Shown here in pieces: positions 19,081 to 28,692 of a stretch of DNA of 64,000 nt (position 1 is its first letter; each line of letters starts with the position of its first letter). This DNA comes from an uncultured Verrucomicrobiae bacterium (lineage in GTDB: Bacteria; Verrucomicrobiota; Verrucomicrobiia; Chthoniobacterales; JAFAMB01). Below the pieces are notes generated by a model. The model saw only the letters and a list, made by a program, of their open reading frames with translations. It searched no databases and was not told where the DNA came from. The stretch lies in contig CAVXLD010000003.1 of NCBI GenBank assembly GCA_963762565.1, forward strand, positions 448,001 through 512,000, in the 5' to 3' direction. A program made the translations under genes and the position numbers.

Positions 19081-21177
19081 ATGCCAGACAAACCCACGCC
19101 CGATGAAGAAGTCAGTGAAGCCCAAATTGCGGTTCATTGGAAGGAAGAAGAATATTACCGACCCTCGCCTAAATTCGTGGGACAGGCGAACCTGAACGAC
19201 CCCGCAGTTAACGAGCGATTCAGTTTGGATAAGTTTCCAGAATGCTTCAAAGAGTATGCCGACATGCTTACGTGGGACCAGTATTGGCACACCACGTTGG
19301 ACACGAGTAACGCACCATTCTGGAAGTGGTTTGTGGGCGGTAAGCTTAACGCTTGCTACAATTGCGTGGACCGCCACCTGGCTAAATACAAGAATAAGGC
19401 CGCGTTGATCTTCGTGCCCGAACCTGAAGAGGAGGGGCACGAAGCCATCACCTATCAGGAGCTTTGGCAGCGGGTCAACGAGGTTGCGGTGATGCTGCGG
19501 GATTTTGCCGGCCTGAAGACCGGCGATAGGGTAACGCTGCATCTTCCCATGGTGCCCGAACTGCCGATCACAATGTTGGCGTGCGCGCGTCTCGGCATCA
19601 TCCATTCGGAAGTATTTGGCGGATTCAGCGGCGAGGCTTGTGGAGTGCGGATCGAGGATTCACAAAGCCGGGTGCTGATCACCATGGATGGTTATTACCG
19701 GAGTGGAAAAGTGATCGACCACAAGGTGAACGCGGACATCGCAGTGAAGACGGCCGAGGCGGCCGGACAGAAGGTCGACAAGGTTCTGGTATGGAGACGG
19801 TTTAAAGACAAAAGCGCTACCTCCACTCCGTTTGTTGCCGGTCGTGATTATGACCTGCGCGAAGTCATGAAGGATTTCGTTGGCAAGAAGGTCGCCCCGG
19901 TATCGATGCCTGCGGAAGCGCCTTTGTTCCTCATGTACACGAGCGGGACGACTGGACGACCGAAAGGTTGCCAGCACGGAACGGGAGGATACCTATCCTA
20001 TGTGGCGGGCACCTCAAAGTATATCCAGGACATCCATCCTGAAGATGTCTACTGGTGTATGGCGGACATCGGCTGGATTACCGGGCACTCCTATATTGTA
20101 TACGGTCCCTTGGCCTTAGCGGCCACAAGCGTGGTCTTTGAGGGAGTGCCTGTCTATCCCGACGCCGGGCGTCCTTGGCGAATCGCGGAACGGCTAAATG
20201 TGAACATTTTCCACACCTCGCCGACTGCGGTCCGGATGCTGCGGAAAGCAGGCCCGGACGAGCCCGCCAAATACAACTATCATTTCAAACACATGACCAC
20301 GGTGGGCGAGCCCATCGAGCCCGACGTATGGCGCTGGTATTATGACGTGGTCGGGAAAAAAGAAGCCGTTATCGTAGACACCTGGTGGCAAACGGAAAAC
20401 GGGGGCTTTCTGTGCAGTACTAAGCCTGGCTTGGATCCGATGAAGCCGGGTTCAGCCGGGCCGCCATTGCCGGGGATTTTCCCTGTGATCTTAGACGAGA
20501 ACGGAGACGAAGTACCGGCTGGTTCAGGTCGGGCAGGGAACATTTGCATAAAGAACCCGTGGCCGGGAATCTTCCAAACGGTCTGGCGAGATCCGGATCG
20601 GTTCGTTGCGACTTATTACAAGAAATATTGCAAGAATAAGGAGAGCAAGGATTGGCGCGATTGGCCCTATTTTGCCAATGACGGTGCATTGCTAGCATCA
20701 GACGGGTACTTCCGAATTCTCGGCCGTATTGATGACGTGATCAACGTCGCTGGACACCGTCTCGGAACCAAGGAACTCGAATCGGCCTGCCTTAGTGTAG
20801 ACGAAGTCGCTGAAGCGGCCGTTGTGCCGGTTGTGGACGATGTCAAAGGCCGAGTGCCGGAGGTATACATTTCGCTTAAGAAAGGCGTGCAGCCGAACAA
20901 GGCCATTCAAGAGAAGCTGGTCCATACAATCGAGACTTCTATCGGCAAGATCGCGCGACCCAAGGCCGTCCGGGTGGTTCCCGATATGCCGAAGACGCGC
21001 TCTGGTAAGATCATGCGCCGCGTCTTGGCCGCCATCTCCAACCACATGGATACCGGTGACGTCAGTACCCTGGCAAACCCGGAGGTCGTTGAACAGATCC
21101 GCGTCATGGTTCAAGGCGAGGGGAAAACGGCGGCCAAGACTGCTCCCGACGATATCAAAAAGTTCGGGCAAGAGTGA
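19081..21177 (+). CDS. acs: Acetyl-CoA synthetase
   Basis: YTSGTTGRPKG, ADIGWITGHSY, DTWWQTE, GRIDDVINVAGHRLG, PKTRSGKIMRR. Confidence 0.96.
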   Translation: MPDKPTPDEEVSEAQIAVHWKEEEYYRPSPKFVGQANLNDPAVNERFSLDKFPECFKEYADMLTWDQYWHTTLDTSNAPFWKWFVGGKLNACYNCVDRHLAKYKNKAALIFVPEPEEEGHEAITYQELWQRVNEVAVMLRDFAGLKTGDRVTLHLPMVPELPITMLACARLGIIHSEVFGGFSGEACGVRIEDSQSRVLITMDGYYRSGKVIDHKVNADIAVKTAEAAGQKVDKVLVWRRFKDKSATSTPFVAGRDYDLREVMKDFVGKKVAPVSMPAEAPLFLMYTSGTTGRPKGCQHGTGGYLSYVAGTSKYIQDIHPEDVYWCMADIGWITGHSYIVYGPLALAATSVVFEGVPVYPDAGRPWRIAERLNVNIFHTSPTAVRMLRKAGPDEPAKYNYHFKHMTTVGEPIEPDVWRWYYDVVGKKEAVIVDTWWQTENGGFLCSTKPGLDPMKPGSAGPPLPGIFPVILDENGDEVPAGSGRAGNICIKNPWPGIFQTVWRDPDRFVATYYKKYCKNKESKDWRDWPYFANDGALLASDGYFRILGRIDDVINVAGHRLGTKELESACLSVDEVAEAAVVPVVDDVKGRVPEVYISLKKGVQPNKAIQEKLVHTIETSIGKIARPKAVRVVPDMPKTRSGKIMRRVLAAISNHMDTGDVSTLANPEVVEQIRVMVQGEGKTAAKTAPDDIKKFGQE

Positions 21178-21441
21178 CGCGGAGAAGTGATTGGTGATTA
21201 GTGATTAGTGATTGGTGGGCCGGTGACATGCCGGGCCCATTAGTGTCCGCTCGCGACGCGCGGGAAAAGAGGTGTCCCAAAGCCGAGTCGGAGGGGCGTT
21301 GCGTTCCGTGTCTTAGTTCATACGGATGTCGACGCCTCAGATTGCTGCAGTTATGCCGTTTGGATAGACGCGACGCCCAGGGAACGGTCCCTGATTTGCT
21401 ATCGACGCGGGCGTTGAGAATCTCTTTCTCGCGGCCGAGAA

Positions 21442-21516
21442 TGGCTCCGGAGGTAGGATTCGAACCTACGACCAATCGGTTAACAGCCGACCGCTCTACC
21501 ACTGAGCTACTCCGGA
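21442..21516 (-). tRNA. tRNA-Asn(GTT)
   Basis: TCCGGAGTAGCTCAGTGGTAGAGCGGTCGGCT-GTT-AACCGATTGGTCGTAGGTTCGAATCCTACCTCCGGAGCCA; cloverleaf with encoded CCA. Confidence 0.97.
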
Positions 21517-22189
21517 TTCTATCAGTGGGCGGAGAACGTAGCCCGCACGCCCTCTGATTCAAGCGAAAAACGCAACCGTTACGGTTCCGCATCACTTAAC
21601 GTCTAGGATGATGCAAATCAAGGGCCATTCCCGGGCGTCGCGTCTATCCAAGTGGCGGAGCGAAGAGCGTTTTGGTTGTGAGAGTCGCGAGAGCAGATGA
21701 ATAGCCGCAAAACTTGTCGCGCCGTAGGCCTTGCGAAGGCGGAAGAGCGCAAAGAACGCAAAAAAAGACGAACCGCAAGATTGACGCAGATATACGCAGA
21801 TGTGGTCGTCGGCTTCGATCACACTGCTGATCGATTGAAAGCCATATTCGTCAGTAACGGTACCTCTTGCTCTTTCGTGCAATTCGTCCCTAGAAAATAA
21901 TCTGCGTAAATCTGCGTCCATTTCACCCCGGAGAATTTCGGGGCTGCGGTTGAGTTTTTATTCGCGTGCGTTCGCATGCATTCGCGGTTGTTTTTTTGGC
22001 GTTCTTTGCGCTCTTCCGCCTTCGCAAGGCCTACGGCGCGACAAGTTTTGCGGCTATTTTTGTCTTCTCTTGGCGCCTTTGCGTCCCTGGCCGACGAAGC
22101 TAAAGGGTGAGATGGGGCGAAGTCTGCTTTGCGTGAGATTTTTCTCCGAGTTGCGATTATCGCTTTGAACCCGATCTTTGCGGTGCTCG

Positions 22190-23371
22190 ATGGCAAAGCC
22201 AGATCTTGTTCGACATATCAACCAGGCTCGCGCCTTGAGGCTGCTTAAGGAGCAGGGGACCCTTTCTCGAGCGGAGCTGGCGCGTTTTCTTAGTCTAAAC
22301 CGATCAACTTTAACGTTTGTGACCGGTGAGTTGCTAAAACAGGAGCTCATCATGGAAGCCGGTGAACCTTTCGTGACCCAAGCAACCGGCCGTCCGGGTA
22401 CTGGCTTAAAGCTGAATCCTGAAGGCGCCTATTTTCTCGGGGCCGAGATCGGCGCGGAGCGGGTTCATTTGGTCCTGATCAACCTTGAGGGATCGATCAC
22501 ACATCGGCAGACGGCTAAGTTGCGGTCCAGCGAACCTGGCGCCGTCTCGAAGGTGCTGATCGATCTGGTGCACCGCGTGTGGCGCGATGAGCTTAGAAAC
22601 TCGACTCGGCTTCAGGGGATCGGCGTCGCTGTCTCCGCCCTCGTTGACGCTCAAGGTGTGATTCGGATAGCCCCAACGCTTGGCTGGGACCGGGTGGATC
22701 TCAAGGGGATGCTGCAGCCGCACCTGGATATTCCGGTGTTCGTGGAAAATGACGCTAAGGGAGCGGCCCTAGCCGAGCTCTCATTCGGCAGGCGGGCAGG
22801 CCAGAGTGATATTTGCTTACTTTTTCTCGACGTTGGGGTAGGCGCCGGGGTGATTGTCGATCGCAAGGTCTTCAGAGGAAGTAACGGTTTAGCCGGCGAA
22901 ATTGGGCATCTCACTTTGGATCCGGCGAAGAACCGGAGAGATGAAAGGATGGGATTCCTCGAGACTCAACTGGGCCGGGACGGTCTGCTGTCGGCTTATC
23001 GGCGAGCAGGCGGAGAGGCACAAAACTTGGGTGCGCTGTTCCGCGATCTTAGAAAAGGAGACCCGTTAGCGAAAAAGACCATAAAAACCTGGGGAGAATG
23101 GCTGACCCTGGCGATTCGGAATCTAGGCGATCTCTTTAACCCGAGACTGGTGGTATTGGCCGGCGCGCTTTCCGAGCTCTTCCCGTTTGTCGAGCAGGAC
23201 GTCAGACATCGTTTAGCCGAACGGCATTTCCCTACGGTCGAGGATCTCGAAATAACGGTTTCTGGATTTGGGAGAGACAGTTCAGCGTTGGGCGGAGCGG
23301 CGCTGGTGTATGATCGAATCTTCAGTGTGCCGAACGTAGATTTTCTAGAAGATCTGGAGAAAATCGGTTGA
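22190..23371 (+). CDS. ROK-family transcriptional regulator (NagC/XylR-like)
   Basis: N-terminal HTH (LSRAELAR...GRP), PVFVENDA, GVGAG, G.AGEIGH. Confidence 0.92.
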   Translation: MAKPDLVRHINQARALRLLKEQGTLSRAELARFLSLNRSTLTFVTGELLKQELIMEAGEPFVTQATGRPGTGLKLNPEGAYFLGAEIGAERVHLVLINLEGSITHRQTAKLRSSEPGAVSKVLIDLVHRVWRDELRNSTRLQGIGVAVSALVDAQGVIRIAPTLGWDRVDLKGMLQPHLDIPVFVENDAKGAALAELSFGRRAGQSDICLLFLDVGVGAGVIVDRKVFRGSNGLAGEIGHLTLDPAKNRRDERMGFLETQLGRDGLLSAYRRAGGEAQNLGALFRDLRKGDPLAKKTIKTWGEWLTLAIRNLGDLFNPRLVVLAGALSELFPFVEQDVRHRLAERHFPTVEDLEITVSGFGRDSSALGGAALVYDRIFSVPNVDFLEDLEKIG

Positions 23372-23628
23372 CTTTGTTGCGGGTTACAACAAACTAAGCG
23401 TGCCTGCCTGCCCTTCCCCCAAATCTTCACCACAAAGGCACAAAGGAAACGAATACGAACCTAAACCGCGAATGAACGCGAATAAAAAAGTGACCGCAGA
23501 TGGATGCTGGCCTTCGACGACGCCGGTGACTCTAATCTGCGTATATCTGCGTCAATCTGTGGTTCGCTTTCCTTTTTCGCGTCTATTCGTGTCCATTCGC
23601 GGTTGATCCCCGTTTGTTGCGCCCGCTT

Positions 23629-24654
23629 ATGAAAGCGATCGTTTACGATTCTCCCCGGAAATTCGAATATCGCGAGGTTGATGTCCCTCAGATCGCTTCG
23701 GACGAAGTCTTGTTGCGCGTGGATGCGTGCGGGGTCTGCGGGACTGATCTTCACGTACACGAAGGAGAATTCGGAGCTCGATTTCCGCTGATACCCGGGC
23801 ACGAATTTTCTGGTGAGATTGTTGAGCTGGGTTCTGAGGTGAAAGGCTTCAGCAAAGGGCAACGCGCGACGGCCAGCACAACCCAGGCCTGCGGTTACTG
23901 CTTTTATTGTAAGCGCGGCGATTTCCTGCTTTGCGAGAATCTCGGCGGAATCGGAGTCGAGATTAACGGGGCGTTTGCTGAGTACATCAAAGTGAAAGGC
24001 GATCTGGCGTTTCCCGTCAACAAGCTTTCAGTTCGGGAAGCGGCGATGATCGAGCCAACGGCTTGCGCCGTTCACGGCATGGAAGTGCTAGCGGTGAAGC
24101 CTGGAAGCAGTGTTCTCCTGTTTGGCGCCGGGCCGACCGGGCAAGTGTTAGCCCAGCTGCTTAAGCTCAACGGCGCGGCAAAACTAACGGTGGCGGCTCC
24201 GGCGGGACTAAAACTCGACCTTATCGGCCGGTTGGCTGCTGACGAAGTAGTGCCTGTCGATCGTAAAGATCCAGAGGTCCACCGACGCCGGTTGGATGAG
24301 CTTAGCCCGAATGGATTCGATTACGTCGTGGAAGCGACCGGAGCGGCCCCCATGGCGGAAGATGCCATGAGGTTCGTACGCCGCCGTGGAACCATCCTGA
24401 TTTACGGAGTTTATCCTGACGACGCGCTGGGTCGCTTCAGGCTGGCTGAGATTCAGCGTCGCGAACTCGCGATCAAGGGGTCTTTTGCGCAAATCGACTG
24501 TTTTCCGCGAGCCCTAGACTACCTCGAGAGCGGCAAGGTTAAGGTCGATCAGCTCGTTACCCATGAGTTTCCCCTAAAGGACTATCAAGAAGCGCTTGAG
24601 CTGGCCTGGTCGCGGCAGGGGATTAAGACGATTATCATTCCCCCAAAAAACTAA
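23629..24654 (+). CDS. Zinc-dependent (MDR) polyol/sugar-alcohol dehydrogenase
   Basis: CGVCGTDLH, PGHEFSG, structural Zn CGYCFYC..G...LC, GAGPTG. Confidence 0.9.
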   Translation: MKAIVYDSPRKFEYREVDVPQIASDEVLLRVDACGVCGTDLHVHEGEFGARFPLIPGHEFSGEIVELGSEVKGFSKGQRATASTTQACGYCFYCKRGDFLLCENLGGIGVEINGAFAEYIKVKGDLAFPVNKLSVREAAMIEPTACAVHGMEVLAVKPGSSVLLFGAGPTGQVLAQLLKLNGAAKLTVAAPAGLKLDLIGRLAADEVVPVDRKDPEVHRRRLDELSPNGFDYVVEATGAAPMAEDAMRFVRRRGTILIYGVYPDDALGRFRLAEIQRRELAIKGSFAQIDCFPRALDYLESGKVKVDQLVTHEFPLKDYQEALELAWSRQGIKTIIIPPKN

Positions 24655-24699
24655 GTCCCACAAATCAACCCAACCCCCGAACGAGAAATCTCCCAACTA

Positions 24700-25008
24700 G
24701 TGCCCTGTCCCATAAATAACATGGCTTTCATTGCGATCAAAATTGGCCGCCGGCAAGACGGTCCGAGCCGGACTTGCGGTAAGAGCGGAGCATAACTTGA
24801 TCGATACGTGACCGACGAGCAACGCAGCCGCCGGCCCATTTTCATCGCAACCCTCCGGGCCGGGGTCAGTTGGCTGTTTTTCCGCGTTGCTCGCTCCTCA
24901 CGTATCAATTTAGATATGCTCGTCGTTAGCGCCAGTGCGGCTCGCACCGCCTTGAAAAACAGCCAACTCACCGACGGCGAAAGCCATGCTATTTGTGGGA
25001 CAGGGCAC
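24700..25008. mobile_element. MITE-like non-coding element with 30-bp terminal inverted repeats
   Basis: GTGCCCTGTCCCATAAATAACATGGCTTTC (24700-24729) vs GAAAGCCATGCTATTTGTGGGACAGGGCAC (24979-25008), 2 mismatches; internal inverted repeats. Confidence 0.7.
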
Positions 25009-25218
25009 GAGGATTACTCGTAATATTCTAGTTTATTATTGACGGGTCCAAGATAAGGACTCTTTTAGTAGGCTGAAATTAAACCCCCAATTCCCTTGAG
25101 CTAGAAAAACTGGTGCTGGTTTCATCGTTTGAACCCTCTTGCTGCTGGTAGTGAGCCAGGCGACGAACGTTCCGAGATCCCCGGTTTTTTTGGTGAGAGA
25201 ATATTCCCACCCCCCTCT

Positions 25219-26205
25219 ATGAAACGTTGGCAAACTAAAGCTAGCCTCCTTGCGAGCACGCTCCTCCTTTTTGCCGGATGGAACGATCCCGCTTCCGCAG
25301 CCGATAAGAAGTATACCATCGCGCTAATTCCGGGTCTCACGACCGATGCCTTTTATATCACCATGCACAAAGGCGCTCAGGCGGCTGCCGACGCTTTGGG
25401 AGTAAACCTTGTGTTCCAAGGTGCGTCCGATTTCAACCCAGTCACCCAAGTTCCGGTGTTGAACGCCATCATTGGCCGTAAACCCGATGCGATTTTGATC
25501 GCGCCGACCGACAAAGTTCAGCTCGTTAGCCCGCTAAAGAAGGCATCGGACAGCGGTATTTCCGTTATCACGGTTGATACCTTCATCGGAACTGGACACT
25601 ACCAGACCGGCACCGGAGACGCTGATTTTCCGCTCTCCTACATTGCCTCGGACAACATTGGGGGTGGACAGATTGCCGCCAGAGCTTTGGCCAAAGCGAT
25701 TGGCGAAAAAGGAAAAGTCTATGTCTCGAATGTAAAGCCCAATATCTCCACCACGGACCAGCGTGAAGAAGGGTTCAAAGAGGAGATGAAGAAGTACCCG
25801 AATATTACGGTGCTGGAGACCCAGTTTAACGACGACGACGCCAACAAAGCGGCCGCCCAATTTCAATCGGTGTACGCCCGGAACTCGGACTTAGCGGGGG
25901 TGTTTGGAGCTAACCTCTTCTCTGCCACCGGTGCTGCCAACGGCGTCAAACAGGCAAATGCCCAAGGCAAGATCAAAGTGGTGGCTTTTGATGCACCGCA
26001 ATCGATCGTGTCGGATATCAAAGCCGGCAACATCGACATTGCGATTGCCCAACACCCGGCTGAGATCGGCTTTTACGGGGTGGTTACTGCTTACGCGCAC
26101 CTAACTGGCCAATCTGTTCCTCCGCTGATTGGCACCGGGTTTACGGTGATCGATAAGAGCAACGTTGATGACCCCAACGTGAAGAAGTTCATTTATTCCG
26201 ACTAG
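25219..26205 (+). CDS. Sugar ABC transporter substrate-binding protein (RbsB-like)
   Basis: Signal peptide; PDAILIAP.D, VITVD, IASDN..GG, VVAFD, IAQHP..IG. Confidence 0.9.
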   Translation: MKRWQTKASLLASTLLLFAGWNDPASAADKKYTIALIPGLTTDAFYITMHKGAQAAADALGVNLVFQGASDFNPVTQVPVLNAIIGRKPDAILIAPTDKVQLVSPLKKASDSGISVITVDTFIGTGHYQTGTGDADFPLSYIASDNIGGGQIAARALAKAIGEKGKVYVSNVKPNISTTDQREEGFKEEMKKYPNITVLETQFNDDDANKAAAQFQSVYARNSDLAGVFGANLFSATGAANGVKQANAQGKIKVVAFDAPQSIVSDIKAGNIDIAIAQHPAEIGFYGVVTAYAHLTGQSVPPLIGTGFTVIDKSNVDDPNVKKFIYSD

Positions 26206-26434
26206 GGTCTAGGAGTTGACCCGCCCTTCAGGACGAAGGGGAGGGATCGCGACCCCGCGATCCGTTGGTTCCGACCAGGGGTTTTTAAAATGTCCAATGG
26301 CGAGGCAACACGGTGACGGCGCGCGGGGACGCGCGCCCTCCCTATTTTCGAGAACGAGGACGACGAGGACGAGACCGCCGAACGCCAAACGCCAAACGCC
26401 AAACGCCAAACGCCGAACGCCAAACGCGCACCGA

Positions 26435-27511
26435 ATGAGCCAACTGCCAACGACTAACGGCAAACCGGAAACAGTAAACCACGGAGATGAGCCGGCCTCG
26501 GAACGGACAACCTGGGCCGCCTCGTTCCGCACCTGGGTGACCTCGATGCGGGCCTGGATTTTTCTCGGTTTCTTGCTGGTCGGGTTCGAGGTTTGGGCGC
26601 GAATCGCCTACAATACAACCTTTCTATTCAACCCCTTTAACTTGTCTTCGATTGCGGTGTTCACCGTCGGCCCGCTTCTCTTGGCTTTGGGCCAAACGTT
26701 TGTGGTCATTTCCGGCGGCATCGATCTTTCCGTTGGCTTTACCATGGGCTTAGCGGCGGTCGTTTTTTCCCAGATTCTCAACCTCAGCACCGGCGTGCTT
26801 TGGGACCCGCTGGCCATGGTCGTGGCTGCGGTTGTGGCCTTGCTTGCTTCGGCGATACCAGGGTTGATCAATGGGCTACTGATTGCGAAACTACGGATCC
26901 CGCCTTTTATCGGTACTCTGGGAATGTATGGAGTAGCTCGAGGGGTCGCTTATCTACTCGCCCGCGGCACCACGGTTCCGATCTCTAACCCCGTGGTGAC
27001 CTACATCGGCAACGAGTCGTTGCTTTCTATTCCTATTACCGTCTTGATCACGATTGCCTTGACTTGTGGTATGATGTTTATGCTCTCGCAAAGCCGGTTC
27101 GGCCAGCACGTGTACGCCATCGGCGGGAGCCGGCAGGCTTCACTGCGAGCGGGGATCAATGTTTCTCGCAATACGATCGCGCTTTACATTCTTTCTTCCC
27201 TGGCTGCCGGCATTGGCGGAATCCTTTACACAGCTCGATTTACCGCCGGGGCAGCTCAAGCCGGTGAACCGCTGTTGTTGGATAGCATCGCGGCGGTGGT
27301 TATCGGCGGAGCCAGTCTTTTCGGCGGCTCAGGAACGATCACCGGGACCGTGATTGGCGCATTAATTATCGCGGTTATTCAATACGGTTTGGTCTTTGTG
27401 AACGTGGAACCGTTTTGGCAATTTGTAGCAGTCGGAATTGTGATTATTATCTCAGTGCTGGTCGATCAGACAACGCAGAAACAATTAAGCGGAGGCAGGT
27501 CCGATGAGTGA
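26435..27511 (+). CDS. Sugar ABC transporter permease (RbsC-like)
   Basis: GQTFVVISGGIDLSVG, IPPFIGTLG, GQHVYAIGG, LDSIAAVVIGG.SL.GG.G; the ORF extension upstream of ATG 26435 is repeat DNA. Confidence 0.92.
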   Translation: MSQLPTTNGKPETVNHGDEPASERTTWAASFRTWVTSMRAWIFLGFLLVGFEVWARIAYNTTFLFNPFNLSSIAVFTVGPLLLALGQTFVVISGGIDLSVGFTMGLAAVVFSQILNLSTGVLWDPLAMVVAAVVALLASAIPGLINGLLIAKLRIPPFIGTLGMYGVARGVAYLLARGTTVPISNPVVTYIGNESLLSIPITVLITIALTCGMMFMLSQSRFGQHVYAIGGSRQASLRAGINVSRNTIALYILSSLAAGIGGILYTARFTAGAAQAGEPLLLDSIAAVVIGGASLFGGSGTITGTVIGALIIAVIQYGLVFVNVEPFWQFVAVGIVIIISVLVDQTTQKQLSGGRSDE

Positions 27512-28244
27512 ACAACCCATTCTACAAGTCGAATCTGTTTCCAAACGCTTCGGAGGAGTCCACGCTCTCGAAAATGTATCGATGGATTTGTTTCCCGGCG
27601 AAGTGCTGGCTTTGGCGGGGGACAACGGCGCCGGTAAATCGACGCTGATCAAAGTAATCTCCGGAGTCCATCACGCGGACGAAGGAAAGATCCGGTACAA
27701 CGGCGCCGAGGTCACGTTCGAGAACCCGCAAAAAGCCCGGGAACAAGGAATCGAGACCATCTATCAGGACTTGGCGTTAGCGGATAATCTTGATGTAGGA
27801 GCGAATGTATTCCTTGGGCGAGAACCGATGAAACGGGTGTTCGGTTTACCCGTACTAGATCGGAAAAAGATGAGTAGGGAAGCGGCGGATGCGATTCGGG
27901 TTCTCGATATCCGAATCAACCGTTTCGATTTACCACTGCGTTCGATGTCCGGCGGACAACGTCAAGCGGTTGCTATCGGCCGGGCGATTCATTGGAAGGC
28001 CAAGGTATTGATCATGGACGAACCAACGGCTGCGCTCGGTGTGCCCGAACAACGTAAAGTGATCGCCTTGATCAAGAGCCTGAAACAGAGCGGGGTAGGG
28101 GTGATCTTTATCTCCCATAACCTGATCGATATCTTCGCGGTGAGCGATCGAATCGTCGTCTTGCGTCGCGGGAAAAAAGTTGGTGAAGCCGCAGCCCAAT
28201 CCACGAATTCGGATGAGATCGTGCGCTGGATGGTCGGCGGCTGA
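27504..28244 (+). CDS. Sugar ABC transporter ATP-binding protein (single domain)
   Basis: GDNGAGKSTL, IETIYQDLAL, MSGGQRQAVAI, MDEPTAALG. Confidence 0.92.
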   Translation: MSEQPILQVESVSKRFGGVHALENVSMDLFPGEVLALAGDNGAGKSTLIKVISGVHHADEGKIRYNGAEVTFENPQKAREQGIETIYQDLALADNLDVGANVFLGREPMKRVFGLPVLDRKKMSREAADAIRVLDIRINRFDLPLRSMSGGQRQAVAIGRAIHWKAKVLIMDEPTAALGVPEQRKVIALIKSLKQSGVGVIFISHNLIDIFAVSDRIVVLRRGKKVGEAAAQSTNSDEIVRWMVGG

Positions 28245-28387
28245 CCGGAGTCGCCTTAGGCTCCTCCGGTATAGCCAATAGCCGATAGCCAATAGCCAAG
28301 GGAAACTCGGCCGAACCCAGCGCTGGGTCGGAGGGGTGATTTCTATTGGCTATCGGCTATTGGCTATTGGCTATTCCCGGAGGAGCC

Positions 28388-28690
28388 TCAGGCGAGTCCG
28401 GGGGGCAAACCTAACCCTGCGGTCATCTTGCCCATTTCGGATTGGGCCAGGCCTTTGCCTTTCTCAATAGCTTGTTTGACGCCGGTCAGGATCAAATCTT
28501 CGAGCATCTCGACGTCTTCGGGATCGACAACCTGTTTGGAGATTTTGATAGCAAGAATATCCCCTAGGCCGTTCGCCGTAACGGTAACGTTGCCGCCGCC
28601 GACATTCACATCCACCGTCTTAGTGGCTAGGGCTGCAGTTAATTCCTCCTGCATTTTGGCAGCCTGCTTCATCATTTTTTGGATATTCAT
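28388..28690 (-). CDS. ybaB: YbaB/EbfC nucleoid-associated protein
   Basis: MNIQKMMKQA..MQ, GGG.VTVT.NG, DPEDVEMLEDLI; directly downstream of dnaX. Confidence 0.93.
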   Translation of the reverse strand: MNIQKMMKQAAKMQEELTAALATKTVDVNVGGGNVTVTANGLGDILAIKISKQVVDPEDVEMLEDLILTGVKQAIEKGKGLAQSEMGKMTAGLGLPPGLA

Positions 28691-28692
28691 TG

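Noticed and set aside
18519..19106. Short ORFs sharing peptides such as VERASLAR, CCQPLEVGLASEARST or VERCLACEAVVS (also near 10070, 11910, 30720, 40962, 42398)
   Set aside because: The shared peptides are translations of the R1/R2 DNA repeats in various frames, not a protein family.
21155..21595. 146-aa ORF, and likewise 42757-43221
   Set aside because: These overlap tRNA genes and repeats; spurious.
26216..26434. N-terminal extension of the sugar permease (TPNAKRQTPNAKR)
   Set aside because: It is a translation of R3 and the AACGCCA array; ATG 26435 is the more plausible start.
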